A stretch of 63,895 nucleotides of DNA, filler included, from Octopus bimaculoides (Eukaryota): NCBI RefSeq assembly GCF_001194135.2. It is 6 parts of 6 records of this genome, joined end to end, with 100 filler letters (N's around TTAATTAATTAA, not from the genome) between each part and the next. Parts side by side here need not be neighbours in the genome. Positions count along the whole stretch, not along the records: positions 23,629 to 35,234 come from NC_068985.1; positions 35,335 to 56,219 come from NC_068987.1; 4 more parts are not named here. One strand, 5' to 3'. Shown in pieces: positions 26,400 to 39,292 of this stretch. The notes under the pieces are model-generated. The model saw only the letters and a program-made list of their open reading frames with translations, searched no databases and had not been told where the DNA came from. The position numbers were made by a program, and so were the translations under genes. Each line of letters opens with the position of its first letter. The stretch's first letter is position 1.

Positions 26400-27250
26400 C
26401 GTCCTTGCTCTTCGTCCGACAAAGAAAAGATGTAAAATGCTGTCGTTTCTGTCGGAAGGTAGCAAAGCTCAGAATGACACGAAGTGAAGGAGTGATACGA
26501 GCGAGTAAAGTGAATAACCAGTGACGAGTAGTGAATGTAGAGAGAGGACGTAAAAGATGAGAGAACTCAGCAAAGTAGAGATGGTGCTCAAGTAAAGACG
26601 TAGCAAAGGAAAAACGTAGTAGAAACAATGGTAACAAAGAGTAAAAGCACACCTAGAAATTAAAACAAACGAAGCAAATTGAAAGCATGAATAGTTAATA
26701 GAATCCTGAAAAGAGGTGGATACGTGAGGAAGACAATTGAAGTGAGCGCGACCAAAAGAGCGTAAGGTGGAGTGGAGAATAAATGTAAGGCTTAAAAACA
26801 TGAACTTTGGATTTCGGGCAGTCAAACAATGATCAACAGCAGGGTTATAATAGCTGAAATAACAATATCACACATATAGAAATAACTTCACGGATATGCC
26901 CACGCAAGTACGTATCTCTAACTGCAAGCTTAAAGACAAGCATGCAAAAAATTCCGCTTTGGAAACTATCTTGATGGAAAGGAAAGAAAGATTGTAGAAA
27001 GTACCTGGCTGGACGGAACCATTTAGTGCAGGGCAATACCAAAAGGCGGTGATCTATATGTACATAACCAGCCAATAAGATATACCTGGATAGATGTGAG
27101 GTTTGCCTTTGTTTCTTTGTGTCTGGTGGTCTTATTTGAACAATAGTGTTGGAAAATGTCACATACCGAAAGGTGGATAGAAAATTTGTCGGTGGGTGGT
27201 GGGTTACATGTCTAAGGACAGGGGGAAATTTTTTATGGACATCGATTAGA
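26400..27250 (+). pseudogene. Highly degenerate LINE (RTE-like) RT remnant
   Basis: Purine-rich + strand; fragments NFGFRA (RT motif 2-like) and RWIENLSVGGGLHV (cf. RTE W..NLE..GL.VN); many stops. Confidence 0.35.
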
Positions 27251-28117
27251 TACCCGTGGAAACTATTACCATACCGGTAAGTTATATTGTCTATTTATAA
27301 TGCATTATAAAGCGCCTGTGTTCTGCAGTACATTACTTTAGAGAAAATACAGTCAATATGGTTGGTCACGTTTACAATATACTTGAATCCACGTAGAATT
27401 GTTGAGAGGTGAAAGAAAAATTATGACACTATCTTGGGATGAGAGAAAACTTGGAGAGAACATTAAGTAATGTCTGTCCTCCTGTACGTTTTAAAACGGA
27501 ATTTTGAACTGACTAACTTCATGTTGCCAATTATCTGCTTCGAAATCCTGCAAGATCTATAACTTCAAGCGAATCTGGTTACTTTTTATAATAATGGAAT
27601 CTATGCTTGCAGATGGGTGTGCTTAATGAATGCTTTCAACATCTTCTGTGTGCTAGTAAGTAAATTAGCATGAGAGATATTTATTACTCATTTAGTGTTA
27701 ATCTATTCAACGAAGAGTTTTACTGACTTAGAATATATTATCGTAGTATTGTTTTGTTGTAAGTGTTGTTTCTCTACAGATCAAACCTAACTGGACAGAC
27801 CTATGATCAAAAGCTTTCTAACCATGACTATCCTATCTTTTCGTACTTCTTTCAAGCTACATTATCCAGTATTACTTCCCTTTGTTTTCATTCTATCTGT
27901 GCCCATCCTATCTTTTCAGTTTGCATTCCATCATATTCTTCTTCGTTGTTGAAGTTGATTTTAATTTCACAATTCTAATTGAATAGACCGATGAACAAAG
28001 GTAGTTGAGATGCAACCATCCCATTTTTTTACTCAGATAACATTCACCTAAGATCATATTATCCATTATGTCCTTCAATTTTAAGATGTGATTTACAGAA
28101 GATTTGATTGCGACAGA

Positions 28118-28507
28118 CGTGACTGTGTGGCAAGAAGTTTGCTTCTCAACAATATAGTCCCAGGTTCATTGCAAATGTCTTCTACTATAGCTCCGGATCC
28201 TTGTGAGTGGATTTCGTGTACATCAATATATATACATCTATACATGTGTATGCCTGTGTGCGCGTGTGTATGTGTGTGTAAGTGTGCGTGCGTGTGTGTC
28301 TTTCTATTTGTCTTCCACCACTGCTTGACAACCGGTGTTGTTTTGTTTATGCCCATTTATCTTAGTGGTTCGGTAAAAAAAAAAAAGGCCAATAGAAAAA
28401 GTACCAGTCCTAAAATATGTACTGGAGCCGATTTGTTCGACTAAACCCATTACGGCTGTGCCTGAGCATGGCCGTTGTCCAATCATTGGAACAAGTAAAT
28501 AAAAGAC
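28118..28507 (+). mobile_element. SINE family A
   Basis: GTGACTGTGTGGCAAGAAGTTTGCTTC...CTTGTGAGTGGATTT...internal (GT)n...GCTTGACAACCGGTG...GAGCATGGCCG. Confidence 0.85.
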
Positions 28508-29945
28508 GAAATATGGAACAACCGCTGTAAGATTTCGTCAATCCTAATGTAGCAGTACAAAAATATAAATATTGCTCTATATTCAAAATAATGCCTGAAG
28601 CAAAACGTGAACTTGTTAGTATCTGTTACTTGTATTAGAAATTCTTTTATAATCTAATGAATTTTCTGGTCTTTTAGGAAATAATTTCATCATTTTGTAA
28701 TGAAATAAATTTTATGACATTTTACTTAATAATTCCTATTTATTGTTAATTCTTTTGTTTCTAAAATCTGCATTAATCCCATTTAGAAAATAAATGTGAA
28801 AGAAATTCTGCAAGCAAAGAAGTAAGTACACTTTACTAAGAATTACGTTTATCTCATTGCAAGATTTTGCCTGCTGAAAATAAGGATTCCGCATTCCAGA
28901 TCTGTGCGACTTTGTATAGACTGAAGTAGTTAACATTGGAATCATCTGAAGTTAATCTGGTTGTTTTATTGGTTGATAGATTAAAATTTATGACATTCAA
29001 AACGAGAAAAAAAATCTATAAATTTCTAGCTGTTGTTTGGAACATTAGCTACAAATTGCATATTTGACATCAGATAACCGGGGATTTCATACTAGGCAAC
29101 GGTGGTGATGCTATAACTTCAGAAGACGATCTCTTAGTGCAATAATGACAAAATTATTGTTACATGGTGTTGTACAGTTACGGTAGAAAACATTCTACAG
29201 TAGAGAAATTTCAAAACAATTTGTTTCAAAAGCAAAATGTCAACAAACTAATCAAAATTACATTCGGTACTAAAAGAAGAATAGCTTTTTAAAAGTTCAC
29301 TGATTAATAAGTGCAACCAATTTGCATAAGAGCCGAGGCAATATATGTATGTTCCTACCTTACAGACAGTAAAACTTTAACCTGTTTACCAAGTAAATAT
29401 TTAATTTCTGTTTTGGTTTTATGTTAAATCTATACTTGATGTAAGTTATCAAAGAAATACATAAACTGAGATAATGTTCACAAACGTACATACATGCACA
29501 CTTACGCAAAACGATTGAATGCAGTAATAAGCATTGGATATGAGTTCTATTTGTAATATTTGTCGAATTAATTTAAAAGAAGAGCCATATTTTTTTGACA
29601 AGAGATATTTATACACACACAACAAGCATAGATACATACATAAAGACACACACATAACATTTATATGTGCGTGTATCTGTATGCGTGCGTGTGTGTGTGT
29701 GTTCCTAGAGTAATGAACAGCTTCTTGCAATTCACAAGGGGTGACTGTTCGAGAGTTCCTTAACGAATCATGCAAAGAAGTTGATTGCTGTAAAGACAAT
29801 GTATGTAGACCTTGTGTATATAGATTTATATATATATGCAATTACTTGGTAAGCCGTGCCGAATTTTAGGATCTGTAAATAATGATATTTTTATAAGCTT
29901 TAAGCTTATTCAAAAAATATTATATATATATATATGTGGGGGGGT

Positions 29946-30372
29946 GCAGGCGTGGCGGCGTGGCAAGAAGCTTGCTTCCCAACCATATAGTTCCTTGTTC
30001 AGTCCCACTGCGTGGCACCTTGAGCAAGTGTCTTCTACTATAGCCTCGAGTCGACCAAGGCCTTGTGAGTGCATTTGGTAGACGGAAACTGAAAGAAGCC
30101 TTTTGTATATATATANNNNNNNNNNNNNNNNNNNNNNNNNNNNNNNNNNNNNNNTGTGTGTGTGTGTGTATGTGTGTCTTTGTTTGTCCCCCACAATCGC
30201 GTGACAACCTATGTGGGTATGTTTATGTACCCGTAACGTAGCGTTTCGACAAAAGAGACCGATAGACTAAGTTCTAGGCTTAGAAAGAATAAGTCCTGGG
30301 GTCGATTTGTTCGACTAAAGGCTGTGCACCAGCATGGCCGCAGTCAAATGACTGAAACATGTAAAAAGAAAG
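29946..30372 (+). mobile_element. SINE family A, full length, internal (TA)n/(TG)n containing a gap
   Basis: GGCGTGG...AAGAAGCTTGCTTCCCAACC...CTTGAGCAAGTGTCTTCTACTATAGCCTCG...GGGGTCGATTTGTTCGACTAAAGG...GCATGGCCGCAGTCAAATGACTGAAAC. Confidence 0.9.
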
Positions 30373-31799
30373 AATATATTGTATTATATTAGATATGCAT
30401 CGGTATATATTTATCTTTACATATTCCTTACTCAAAATTATTTGATATAAAGATTACTTTTAAGTTCATGTCTACAGATTTTCTATAGGACTTAGTACCA
30501 GCACCGAAAGTTATGATGTTTTGTATACGTCTGTGTAAACAATGCGATTCAAGATAGAAAAATGGATATGCATATTTCCGAAATTATTACACCTTCTTCA
30601 GCACCACACCCTACCCTTCAATTATCCACCAACACATTTTTTTAAATACCCACTAAATTTAGCGGTGTAATATTAATGGATAGACCAATTTACATATTAA
30701 GCACATTCGTAGCAACTGGTACGTACATGTTAATTGTTAGTAGGGACACTGTATTTAAATATCAGGATTGAAATTAACCTGAGTATGTTCCTTTTCCTAG
30801 AAATTAATTTAGAGTTATATACTCCTTTTGTGGAAAACCCTAACGAGAGTTAAATATATTAATATAAACTTTAACCATTAATATTAATATTAAAAATTAA
30901 GGTTTACAAAGGAGACATTAAAATACAGTATCCAAACCTTGTTTCGGGTAATTCTCAGGAAGTGTGCCTGCAGAGCACGTTCACTACTTATGGTTACCAG
31001 GTATCATCCGCGTTACTGCGCTTTCATCGCTGGGTCTACGTTAGGAATTCCTAGGTGCACGTTGTCTATGTTCTAAACGATTCATACGGAAGATGGACTG
31101 TAACTACAAGCTTTATTTCGCACAACAATCGCTTCGGGCCCCTTCTGCACTGTTCCCTAATTTAAACACACACACACATATATATTATATTACATAATAT
31201 TACTTATATTATATTATATTCACTATTTAAGCTTATTTTAACAGGAATCTGTATTAAGCCGACGTGTTAATATATTTTTATTTTGCACAATATTATAAGT
31301 ATTTATTATCTTATTAAGAGTGTGACAAAGTCATTTAAGTTAATGATTTGACATAATCCATTTCATAGATAAACTGCTCGGTCTAATAGTTCAGGTGACT
31401 TTCTAAACTTAATATATAGACATTTCTCTCTTCATATTTTAATAGAAGTTATGGAAAATTGAAACATTGTCATACTATGAATTTCGAAGTTACACTACAC
31501 AATATATATGTGTGTATATAAATGTCTGTGTGCGTGTTTGTAGAGTGGGAGGTATGATGGTCTCATTAAATCCCTAATTGTATTCGAGGCATGAAGGCTA
31601 AAGAATTTTACTCTACAATTTTTTTCCTTCTTTCAGGATGATTTGCTGAAAAGTGAAGCGAGATAATTCTTTGGGCATTCCAGCAACATTTTAAAAGTGG
31701 TAACAACTTAGGTGGGACCATTCACACATTTTTCTTTCAGCTGATAGCAACAATTTGTGCAAATATGCCACGTGACTAGTGAACCGAAGATGTAAGACC

Positions 31800-31977
31800 C
31801 TGCAGCGACTAGCACGTAGGGCATAATGCTTAGCGGCATTTTGTCTCTCTTTACGTCCAGAGTTCAAATTCTGCCGAGGTCGATTTTCATTTCATCCTTT
31901 CGAGTCAACAAAATAAACACCAGTTGAGTACTGGGGTTTATGTAATCGACTTACCTCCTCTCCTGAAATTGTTGGTA
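31800..31977 (+). mobile_element. SINE family C
   Basis: TAGCACGTAGGGCATAATGCTTAGCGGCATT...GAGTTCAAATTCTGCCGAGGTCGATTTT...CCAGTTGAGTACTGGGGTTTATGTAATCGACTT. Confidence 0.8.
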
Positions 31978-32195
31978 GATGTAATAATTAGTAGATGTAA
32001 AGAGGAAAACTTCAGTTCCCTCTTAGCATTGTAAACTTGTGAAAATATTTGAATTTGTATTTCAAGATCAATTCTTTATTCAATGTCTTTTTATAATTCA
32101 TGAGTATTAAATACACTCTCACATTTGCATCTTGAGGGCTTTCATCACAGAAATCACCGTTCCTTCAATCACACACACATTCACANNNNNNNNNN

Positions 32196-32227
<32 letters not shown>

Positions 32228-32929
32228 AACAAACACACACACGCATACATGCGCAACCACACATACATAATTAATTATGCGTTGAAGCTTTCTAAATCTT
32301 TACTAGATGTTTTGCGAGCCAGATCTTAAATCGATTATTGTAATAGTAAGTGAGGATCAGAAGTTCTTACACAAAATTGTTAACCCTTGGATCGGTTAAC
32401 ATCAAAAAGCAGAACATCATTTACCAAGTTTTAAAGTTTCGTTACTAATATGGCACTTGAAAAGCTGTTAAAAATGATTTCATACATTTAGCAGATAGTA
32501 TGCTACTCGGAAGAAAAACAATTAACAAACATAAAAATTATTTACAAGCATAAACAAAGTTCGTCCTACATACATACAAAAACAAACACACAGCTACATA
32601 CATACATATTTATATGCGCGCTGGCATGTGTGTGTGTGTGTGTATGTGTGTGTGTGTGTGTGAGAAGGCATGTGTCCCAATGGTTTGCGTGTTATACACT
32701 TGATCGCTAGATCGTGGTTTCGATTCTCAGACAGGTAACAGTTCACTTCAAGTTGGTCTGGTTCATTCAGTTTTAAATGCATAATCTTGTGTCAGCAACA
32801 TTCCGTTCAGTTACAATGTTGGCCTGTCCNNNNNNNNNNNNNNNNNNNNNNNNNNNNNNNNNNNNNNNNNNNNNNNNNNNNNNNNNNNNNNNNNNNNNNN
32901 NNNNNNNNNNNNNNNNNNNNNNNNNNNNN

Positions 32930-33212
32930 GACAATATGAAAAACAAAAAAATTTAAAGACCAGTTATTTCTATACTTCGAAGACTCACACACCTGGTGCG
33001 TTGTTCGAAGATATTTGAATTCAATTCAAGGTGTATAAAGAGAGAACGCGGTATGCACATGTGTCATTTTGTGATATGATATCTATTTGAGTTTTGTGAT
33101 TATACATCTCCGGCAGTTTCTACCGAAGATCAACAAATAATTGTTTAATTATTAATGGTGAAACTTCGAAGTATAGAAATAACTGGTCTCTTGGAATATT
33201 TTTCATTTTGTC
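32930..33212. mobile_element. Foldback/MITE-like element with a perfect 26-bp inverted repeat
   Basis: AGACCAGTTATTTCTATACTTCGAAG (32957-32982) is the exact reverse complement of 33164-33189; outer GACAA(T/A)ATGAAAAA also matches; left end abuts an N gap. Confidence 0.7.
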
Positions 33213-33354
33213 TTGCTCGCTGACATCCAACGCATTTTGTATAAGAACGTATTTTTCGTGGTTTGAAGATCTAACATCTTCTTGCAGCAAGCAAGGGAGC
33301 CACTTAGTGTTTTTTCTCTTAGTATATAATTACCTATGGTTATACACACTTATA

Positions 33355-34141
33355 TTGGGTTGACAACTAAGTTCCTGCCGTTTCTTGAAATTTAAATTTT
33401 TTGAAAGACTTAATAAAAAATAATAACTAATTAATCAATAATGTATTCACCCTTGTTGTTTATAACTTCTTCCCAACGTTCAACAAGATTTTTCGTTGAT
33501 AGAAATCACCAGACGCGAAAACTTTATCCAACCAAGCTCTCAATTCTGCATCAGTATTAAACGAAACTCCGCGCATAGCATTTAAAAGTGATTGAAAGAG
33601 GTGGAAATCCGTTGGTGCCAAATCAGGAGAGTGCCGTGGGTGTGGCAGTACTTCCCAGTCATGCATTTGAATGGCTACTGTGGTCATATTGGTGATATGA
33701 AGGCGAGCGTTGTCGCGCAGCAGAAGAACTCCATGCTGACGATTAGGTCTTTTCTCTTGAACAGCCGTGTTGAGTCGTTCCATCTGTTGAACATAGAGTT
33801 CCACGTTGACCGTTTCGTTCTGTTCAAGCAATTCATAATGGATAATCGTTTTACTCGGATGAAGATCTTGTTTCACGCACGGTGTCGCTTGTTTACCGGG
33901 GCTAAGCCATTCCTTCTCTGCTCCATATTGATGTACAGGCACCATTTTCCGTCGCCAGTAACGATTCGGTAAAGAAATCGTTGCTTGTATCCCTGAGTTG
34001 AACGGTGACGAACAAGCAAACCAGCGGAGATTGTGGCTCGTTGATTTATGTTGTTGTCACTTAAAGCATGCGGAATCCATGCTCCATACTTCTGAACCTT
34101 TCCCATCGAGTGAAGATGCTTCTCTTTAGCTGTGTGGGAGC
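33355..34141 (-). mobile_element. Mariner (DD34D) transposon, 5'-truncated, frameshifted transposase
   Basis: KVQKYGAWIPHALS, RIVTGDGKW, LLRDNARLH...34 aa...SPDLAPTDFHLF; terminal TA+TTGGGTTGACAACTAAGTTCC TIR at 33355. Confidence 0.95.
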
Positions 34142-34159
34142 ATTCCATATTACGTAATA

Positions 34160-34580
34160 TGATTACAATAACAGAGGTTAACCCCAGAAGATTGAAGTTT
34201 GAAGACCCTAATGCGAGAGTGAGAAATGTAGTTTATCAATGTAAGGTAAGGACTCAGACAGATGTTAGCCGATACCTGGGGTGTACTTCGAGACAAATCT
34301 GTAAAAGATTATCTAATCATTATAGTACATTTAGAGATAGAAATAAAATAGCAAGTACTAGTCTTAGTAAATTCATTTGAGAACTGAAGGAACAAAAAAA
34401 GCAATATTCGTTAGAATGGTCAATTATTGGGAGACCCTTCCCTTATGACAAAAGTAAGAGATATTGCTCGCTGTTTAATCTAAAATTATATTTTATATTA
34501 TTCTCTAAGGGTAAGTTGATAAATTGACTCACACATAATGCTTTCAGATGTACCCATTATCCGAAACACACATTTCTCTC
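34160..34580 (+). pseudogene. Penelope-like element GIY-YIG endonuclease fragment
   Basis: NVVYQCKV...YLGCTSRQICKRLSNHYSTF...TSLSKFI*ELKEQKKQYSLEWSII...KRYCSL; TGA at a position usually W. Confidence 0.85.
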
Positions 34581-34933
34581 GTTTAAAAGAGTTATAAATT
34601 TCAGTATGATCGGGTATTATAGTATATTATAGTATAATATTAGGTCTTAAGGCAGGCCATATCAATGTATAATTTACCAATAGCAATTGCATTTGAATTT
34701 GTAATCATTTGCTAAAGTTTCTAGAGATAATATAATATAGATTTCAATTGATTTAGAAGTTATTACCAGGAATCAATATTTGCAATATGTGATTGTTTAT
34801 AATTAATTAATAATATTATGAGCAGTTTTCTCCCTTTGACGGACCTTTATTTAAGGAGGAATTTATTTGAGAAATTTGAATATGAACCAGACTTAGAGAC
34901 GATGTTTTTGGTGTTTACTTTTTGCTCTTTACA

Positions 34934-35027
34934 TTTTACCCTGAAGATGTGTAAGGTAATTTATTTATTTAACTTGAACTTGACAGTTAAATATAGCCTT
35001 ATACAGAAATGTTGACATAGGAATAAA
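34934..35027 (+). ncRNA. Hammerhead ribozyme motif with long stem II
   Basis: CTGAAGA (34941-47); stem II TGTGTAAGG/CCTTATACA; GAAA (35006-09); stem III ATGT/ACAT; AUA triplet; weak stem I TTTTACC/GGAATAAA. Confidence 0.6.
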
Positions 35028-35198
35028 TTTCAATAATAATGGATATTAGCGTCAAAACTCTAATTTAAATTTTCGATATATAACCAAGGAGATCGATCTA
35101 TAAGGAGTCTACTTTAGACTTTGGGGAGAAATCTATTGCTATTTTGGTAGCGATTACATGTTTATCTCATCAACACATTGTGGACATATCATATAAGC

Positions 35199-35229
<31 letters not shown>

Positions 35230-35334
35230 TATATNNNNNNNNNNNNNNNNNNNNNNNNNNNNNNNNNNNNNNNNNNNNTTAATTAATTAANNNNNNNNNN
35301 NNNNNNNNNNNNNNNNNNNNNNNNNNNNNNNNNN

Positions 35335-35647
35335 TTGTGTTAACAACAAACAAGATGAGGACGAATATCCGTCAAATGTAGATAATGTAAATAATGTAAA
35401 TAATTCCTCATCTCTTAAATATAGAACTGTATTATCTAATCGGTACGGAGCCGACATTAGACTTCATTGGAGACATATAGAGAAACTCCATCAACAACTA
35501 GCTTGTCCCCAAGACACCTGACGAAGGCTGGAGGGTATATCAGCCGAAACGTTGTGTTAACAACAAACAAGATGAGGACGAATATCCGTCAAATGTAGAT
35601 AATGTAAATAATGTAAATAATTCCTCATCTCTTAAATATAGAACTGT
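35335..35647 (+). mobile_element. Penelope-type tandem pseudo-LTR
   Basis: Identical 96-bp direct repeat at 35335-35430 and 35552-35647, with a hammerhead at the start of the second copy. Confidence 0.75.
35513..35558 (+). ncRNA. Type-I minimal hammerhead ribozyme
   Basis: ACAC-CTGACGA-A-GGCTG/CAGCC-GAAAC-GT-T-GTGT; palindromic AACGTT stem III (dimer type), GUU triplet. Confidence 0.8.
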
Positions 35648-35893
35648 AAAAGACCTACATACACCATATAATCTAAACATAGATCCATTTGTTGGAGGAC
35701 CAGCATGACGTGCCCCAAAATTAATGAATTTGGTTACAAGTCCTACTTTATCTTCAATAGGTGTTACTGTAAGGCATATATAAAAAAGAATTTGGACACT
35801 TCAGTAATATATGTAATTTCCATAAATGGAATAGAAATGCAATAAATGGCTCCGGGTATCCATGGAGGTATCCCAACACACATCAACTCAGTC

Positions 35894-35949
<56 letters not shown>

Positions 35950-35995
35950 GTATGTCTGTCTGTCTGCCTTTCTGTCTGTCAGTCTATCTATCTAT

Positions 35996-36052
<57 letters not shown>

Positions 36053-36062
36053 NNNNNNNNNN

Positions 36063-36109
<47 letters not shown>

Positions 36110-36198
36110 ATGTATACATATGAACATACACATATATATACATATATGCATACACATATATAAATACATTGATATATGTATACATATGGATACATATG

Positions 36199-36252
<54 letters not shown>

Positions 36253-37728
36253 TGTGTATGTGCGTCTGTGTGTGTAAATGCTTTTGGGGAGAACGGGGAA
36301 ACTCCAAGCAGATAAAGCTATAAACAATAGCATATAAATATTGAGTTAAAACACCTATGAATAGAAAAAGACTGTTTCTCGTAGAAGATATATCTCTGAA
36401 TATGATAGATGTTCTACCACAAGCCCCCTCCCAATTTTCTATCGAAACGGGATTTTAATCCAATATTTACACGTTACAAATAATGACGTTATCTGTTTCG
36501 AGTATTACCGTTCCAAAATTTAATTAATTCTGGTATATAGAAGCTTCTAAGTCCTTCCGACGTCAATGGTTTGCACACACACGCATGCCACACACACGCA
36601 TGCCACACACACGCATGCCACACCACACACATTGACACAGTCACCCACACACCCACTCACACACATACACACGCACATATGTATGTACTCGCTTATTGTT
36701 TTAAACGTGGATCTTTGAAATCTCTTTTTGCTATGTTAGTCACTTAAAAATGTTGTTGTTAGATCTTTTATATATTCCGTGTCAGTGATTCGGGATTTGC
36801 AATAAAAACATAAGTTAATAAATAAATAAAAAATATTAATAAATAGTTTTTAAAGGATTATAAGTGGTGCCTGTTGTAAAAAAATCGAAATCATAATAAA
36901 GCAATCATAAGGAATCTCAATCCAATGTTTACAAAGACATTTATATATTGATATGGATAAACAACAGGAATTCATTTATTCCGATTATTTTTTATATAAT
37001 AAAAGTATATGTATTCAATTATGAAAGCATCATTATTCTATTTTCCTTTCTGTAACTATGAATATGCTGTTCTTTTTATTATTGATAAAGAAATGTCATT
37101 AGAATCCGAAACAAAATACACTTCCAATGCAAACAAATTATATCCAAACTTTTATACCAAAACAAAAAACAAAAACACAATAAAGAAAACAAATTCTCCA
37201 TGCCTTTGATTCCAGAAAAAACAAAAAAGCTGAGAAAATAAAACATTTGTCTATTTGGCTGTTATTTAATGCACCGCATGTAGCGTCTATTTTACTTAGG
37301 GTGTGGAGATTTGAAGGAAATTTTTGATTGTGAATGATATGGGAGAAAAGGAATTGCTTAATGACATCATTATGTTATTAGAAACAAATAGTGAGAAGCA
37401 AATATCAATTCAACTTCATTGTTAAATATCGAATGAAAAGTAATTGTAACCTGTTGTTAGTGATTGAAGTGATGGAGAATTTGGTGTATTCAGTTTTGGC
37501 GGAAATGATGTCAATTAACTACAAAGTATATCGAGTAACGGGCTAATTTCATTTCCAGGGCAACAGGTTTGATTGTTGTGCTCGTGTTTGTACGTACATG
37601 AATAATTCCTGCGCAGTAAATTCACACATACACGCACGCCTACTCTCTCTCTTTCTCTCTCTCTCTCTCTCACACACATAGAGTTTTAAGTACGTGTTTG
37701 AGTGTTTCTTGAAGATGTGTGTGTGTTT

Positions 37729-37772
<44 letters not shown>

Positions 37773-38902
37773 ATGTGTGTTTGCATGTATATGTATATAG
37801 TTGCGCACATCATGAAACAAAAGAGAAACAGGAGATATATAAATAAGGAGGTTTATAGACAGAAGCAAAAAAAAAAAGATAAAGAAAACCATTTTGAAAT
37901 ATAATCAGTTAAATAACAGTTTTAATGCACGTACTCATACGTATGAACACAAATATCAAATTCGTGATTTCCTGTGCTTGATATAAAGGCTTCTTGATCG
38001 ATATATAAAGATTCACTATATTCATTAATTATTTTGATTATCCCGGGGAGATGAAAGTAAAGAAAACTCACAGCAAACTACTGAGGCTTTCACACAACTA
38101 TTTCAGTGTCCTGACCATAAGGTTTCAAAATCATGATTATTAGATATATTTCGTACAGCAACTTTTGCATTCTCTCCAAGGTTTTCTTGCTGTTAAATTA
38201 ATTCGTATAGGTTAAAAGCAAATACTTTTCTTTAGTAATTTTTAAATGGCTCATTGAGAAGAAGAACAACACACATAATTGTTTGTGGAGCCTTCAGGTC
38301 ATTTGGAAGGTAGGCGAGAAGCTATTCGCTTGCGAACACCCGATCTAAACGTTCGTAACTGTGTACACTCTGCCAAAATCATCTAATAGCCTCGAGCTTT
38401 TGTAAAACAGTGTGACCAATACTGGAAATGAATTTTCCTTTCTGTTTTACAGAGTTTTGTAAAATGTAACCCTGTTGTGTTATAGATAACGTCTCAGCGG
38501 TTGTTTCCTTTATCTATAATTTGATTAGCCGCCAGTAATCGAATACATTAATGTGCACTTGTTAAAGCTTAGATAACATTTCCAGAGTTGAGTAAGCGCA
38601 GTAGGATTTCTTAGAGTAAAAATAAGCAGAAACTAAATAAAATTTCGTTAATTAATATTGTCTCGATATTCTACCAATTTGATATTATATCGCATTTCAG
38701 AAGGGATGAGTCAAAGTTATCACCTCACAGATAACTGCATTGTAACCATAGCAGCATAACGCCATTTTCAATGCCCCAGTGAGATATACACAACCGTGTA
38801 AATGAAGTATAAAAACAATACGATCGTCACCCGTTACTTTACTCAAACCATTTACCTCTTAAATATCGCATTTAATAACAGGAAAATATATATATATATA
38901 TA

Positions 38903-39077
38903 GGTTCGGGCGTGATTCTGTGAGAAGAAGCTAGCTTCTCCACCATATAATCCCGGATTCAGTCCCACTGCGGGGCACCTTGGGAATGTCTTTTACTGAA
39001 GCCTCGGACCGACCAAAGCCTTCTGAGTGGATTTGGTAGACGGAAACTGAAAGAAACCCGTCGTATAAATTAATGAC

Positions 39078-39124
<47 letters not shown>

Positions 39125-39292
39125 GTGTGTGTCTGTGTTTGTCCTGCCGATTTTGGTGTGTTTACGTCCCTGTAACTTAGTGGTTCGGCGAAAGAGACGG
39201 AAAGAATAAGTTCTAGGGTCGATTTGTTCCACTAAAGGTGCTGCTCCAATATGGCCGCAGTCAAATGACTGAAAGAAGTAAACGAATAAAAT
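38903..39292 (+). mobile_element. SINE family A with internal (TA)n
   Basis: GGATTCAGTCCCACTGCGGGGCACCTTGGG...GACCAAAGCCTTCTGAGTGGATTTGGTAGACGGAAACTGAAAGAA...ATGGCCGCAGTCAAATGACTG. Confidence 0.9.

Noticed and set aside
30935-30970. Minus-strand CTGAGAATTACCCGAAAC
   Set aside because: Core lacks a base and stem II does not form
34378-34380. In-frame TGA in the PLE endonuclease as possible selenocysteine (as in Naiad PLEs)
   Set aside because: The position corresponds to a usual Trp (TGG>TGA), the fragment has other lesions, and no SECIS was recognised
36585-36625. 15-bp unit CACACACGCATGCCA x3
   Set aside because: Simple slippage derivative of a (CA)n tract
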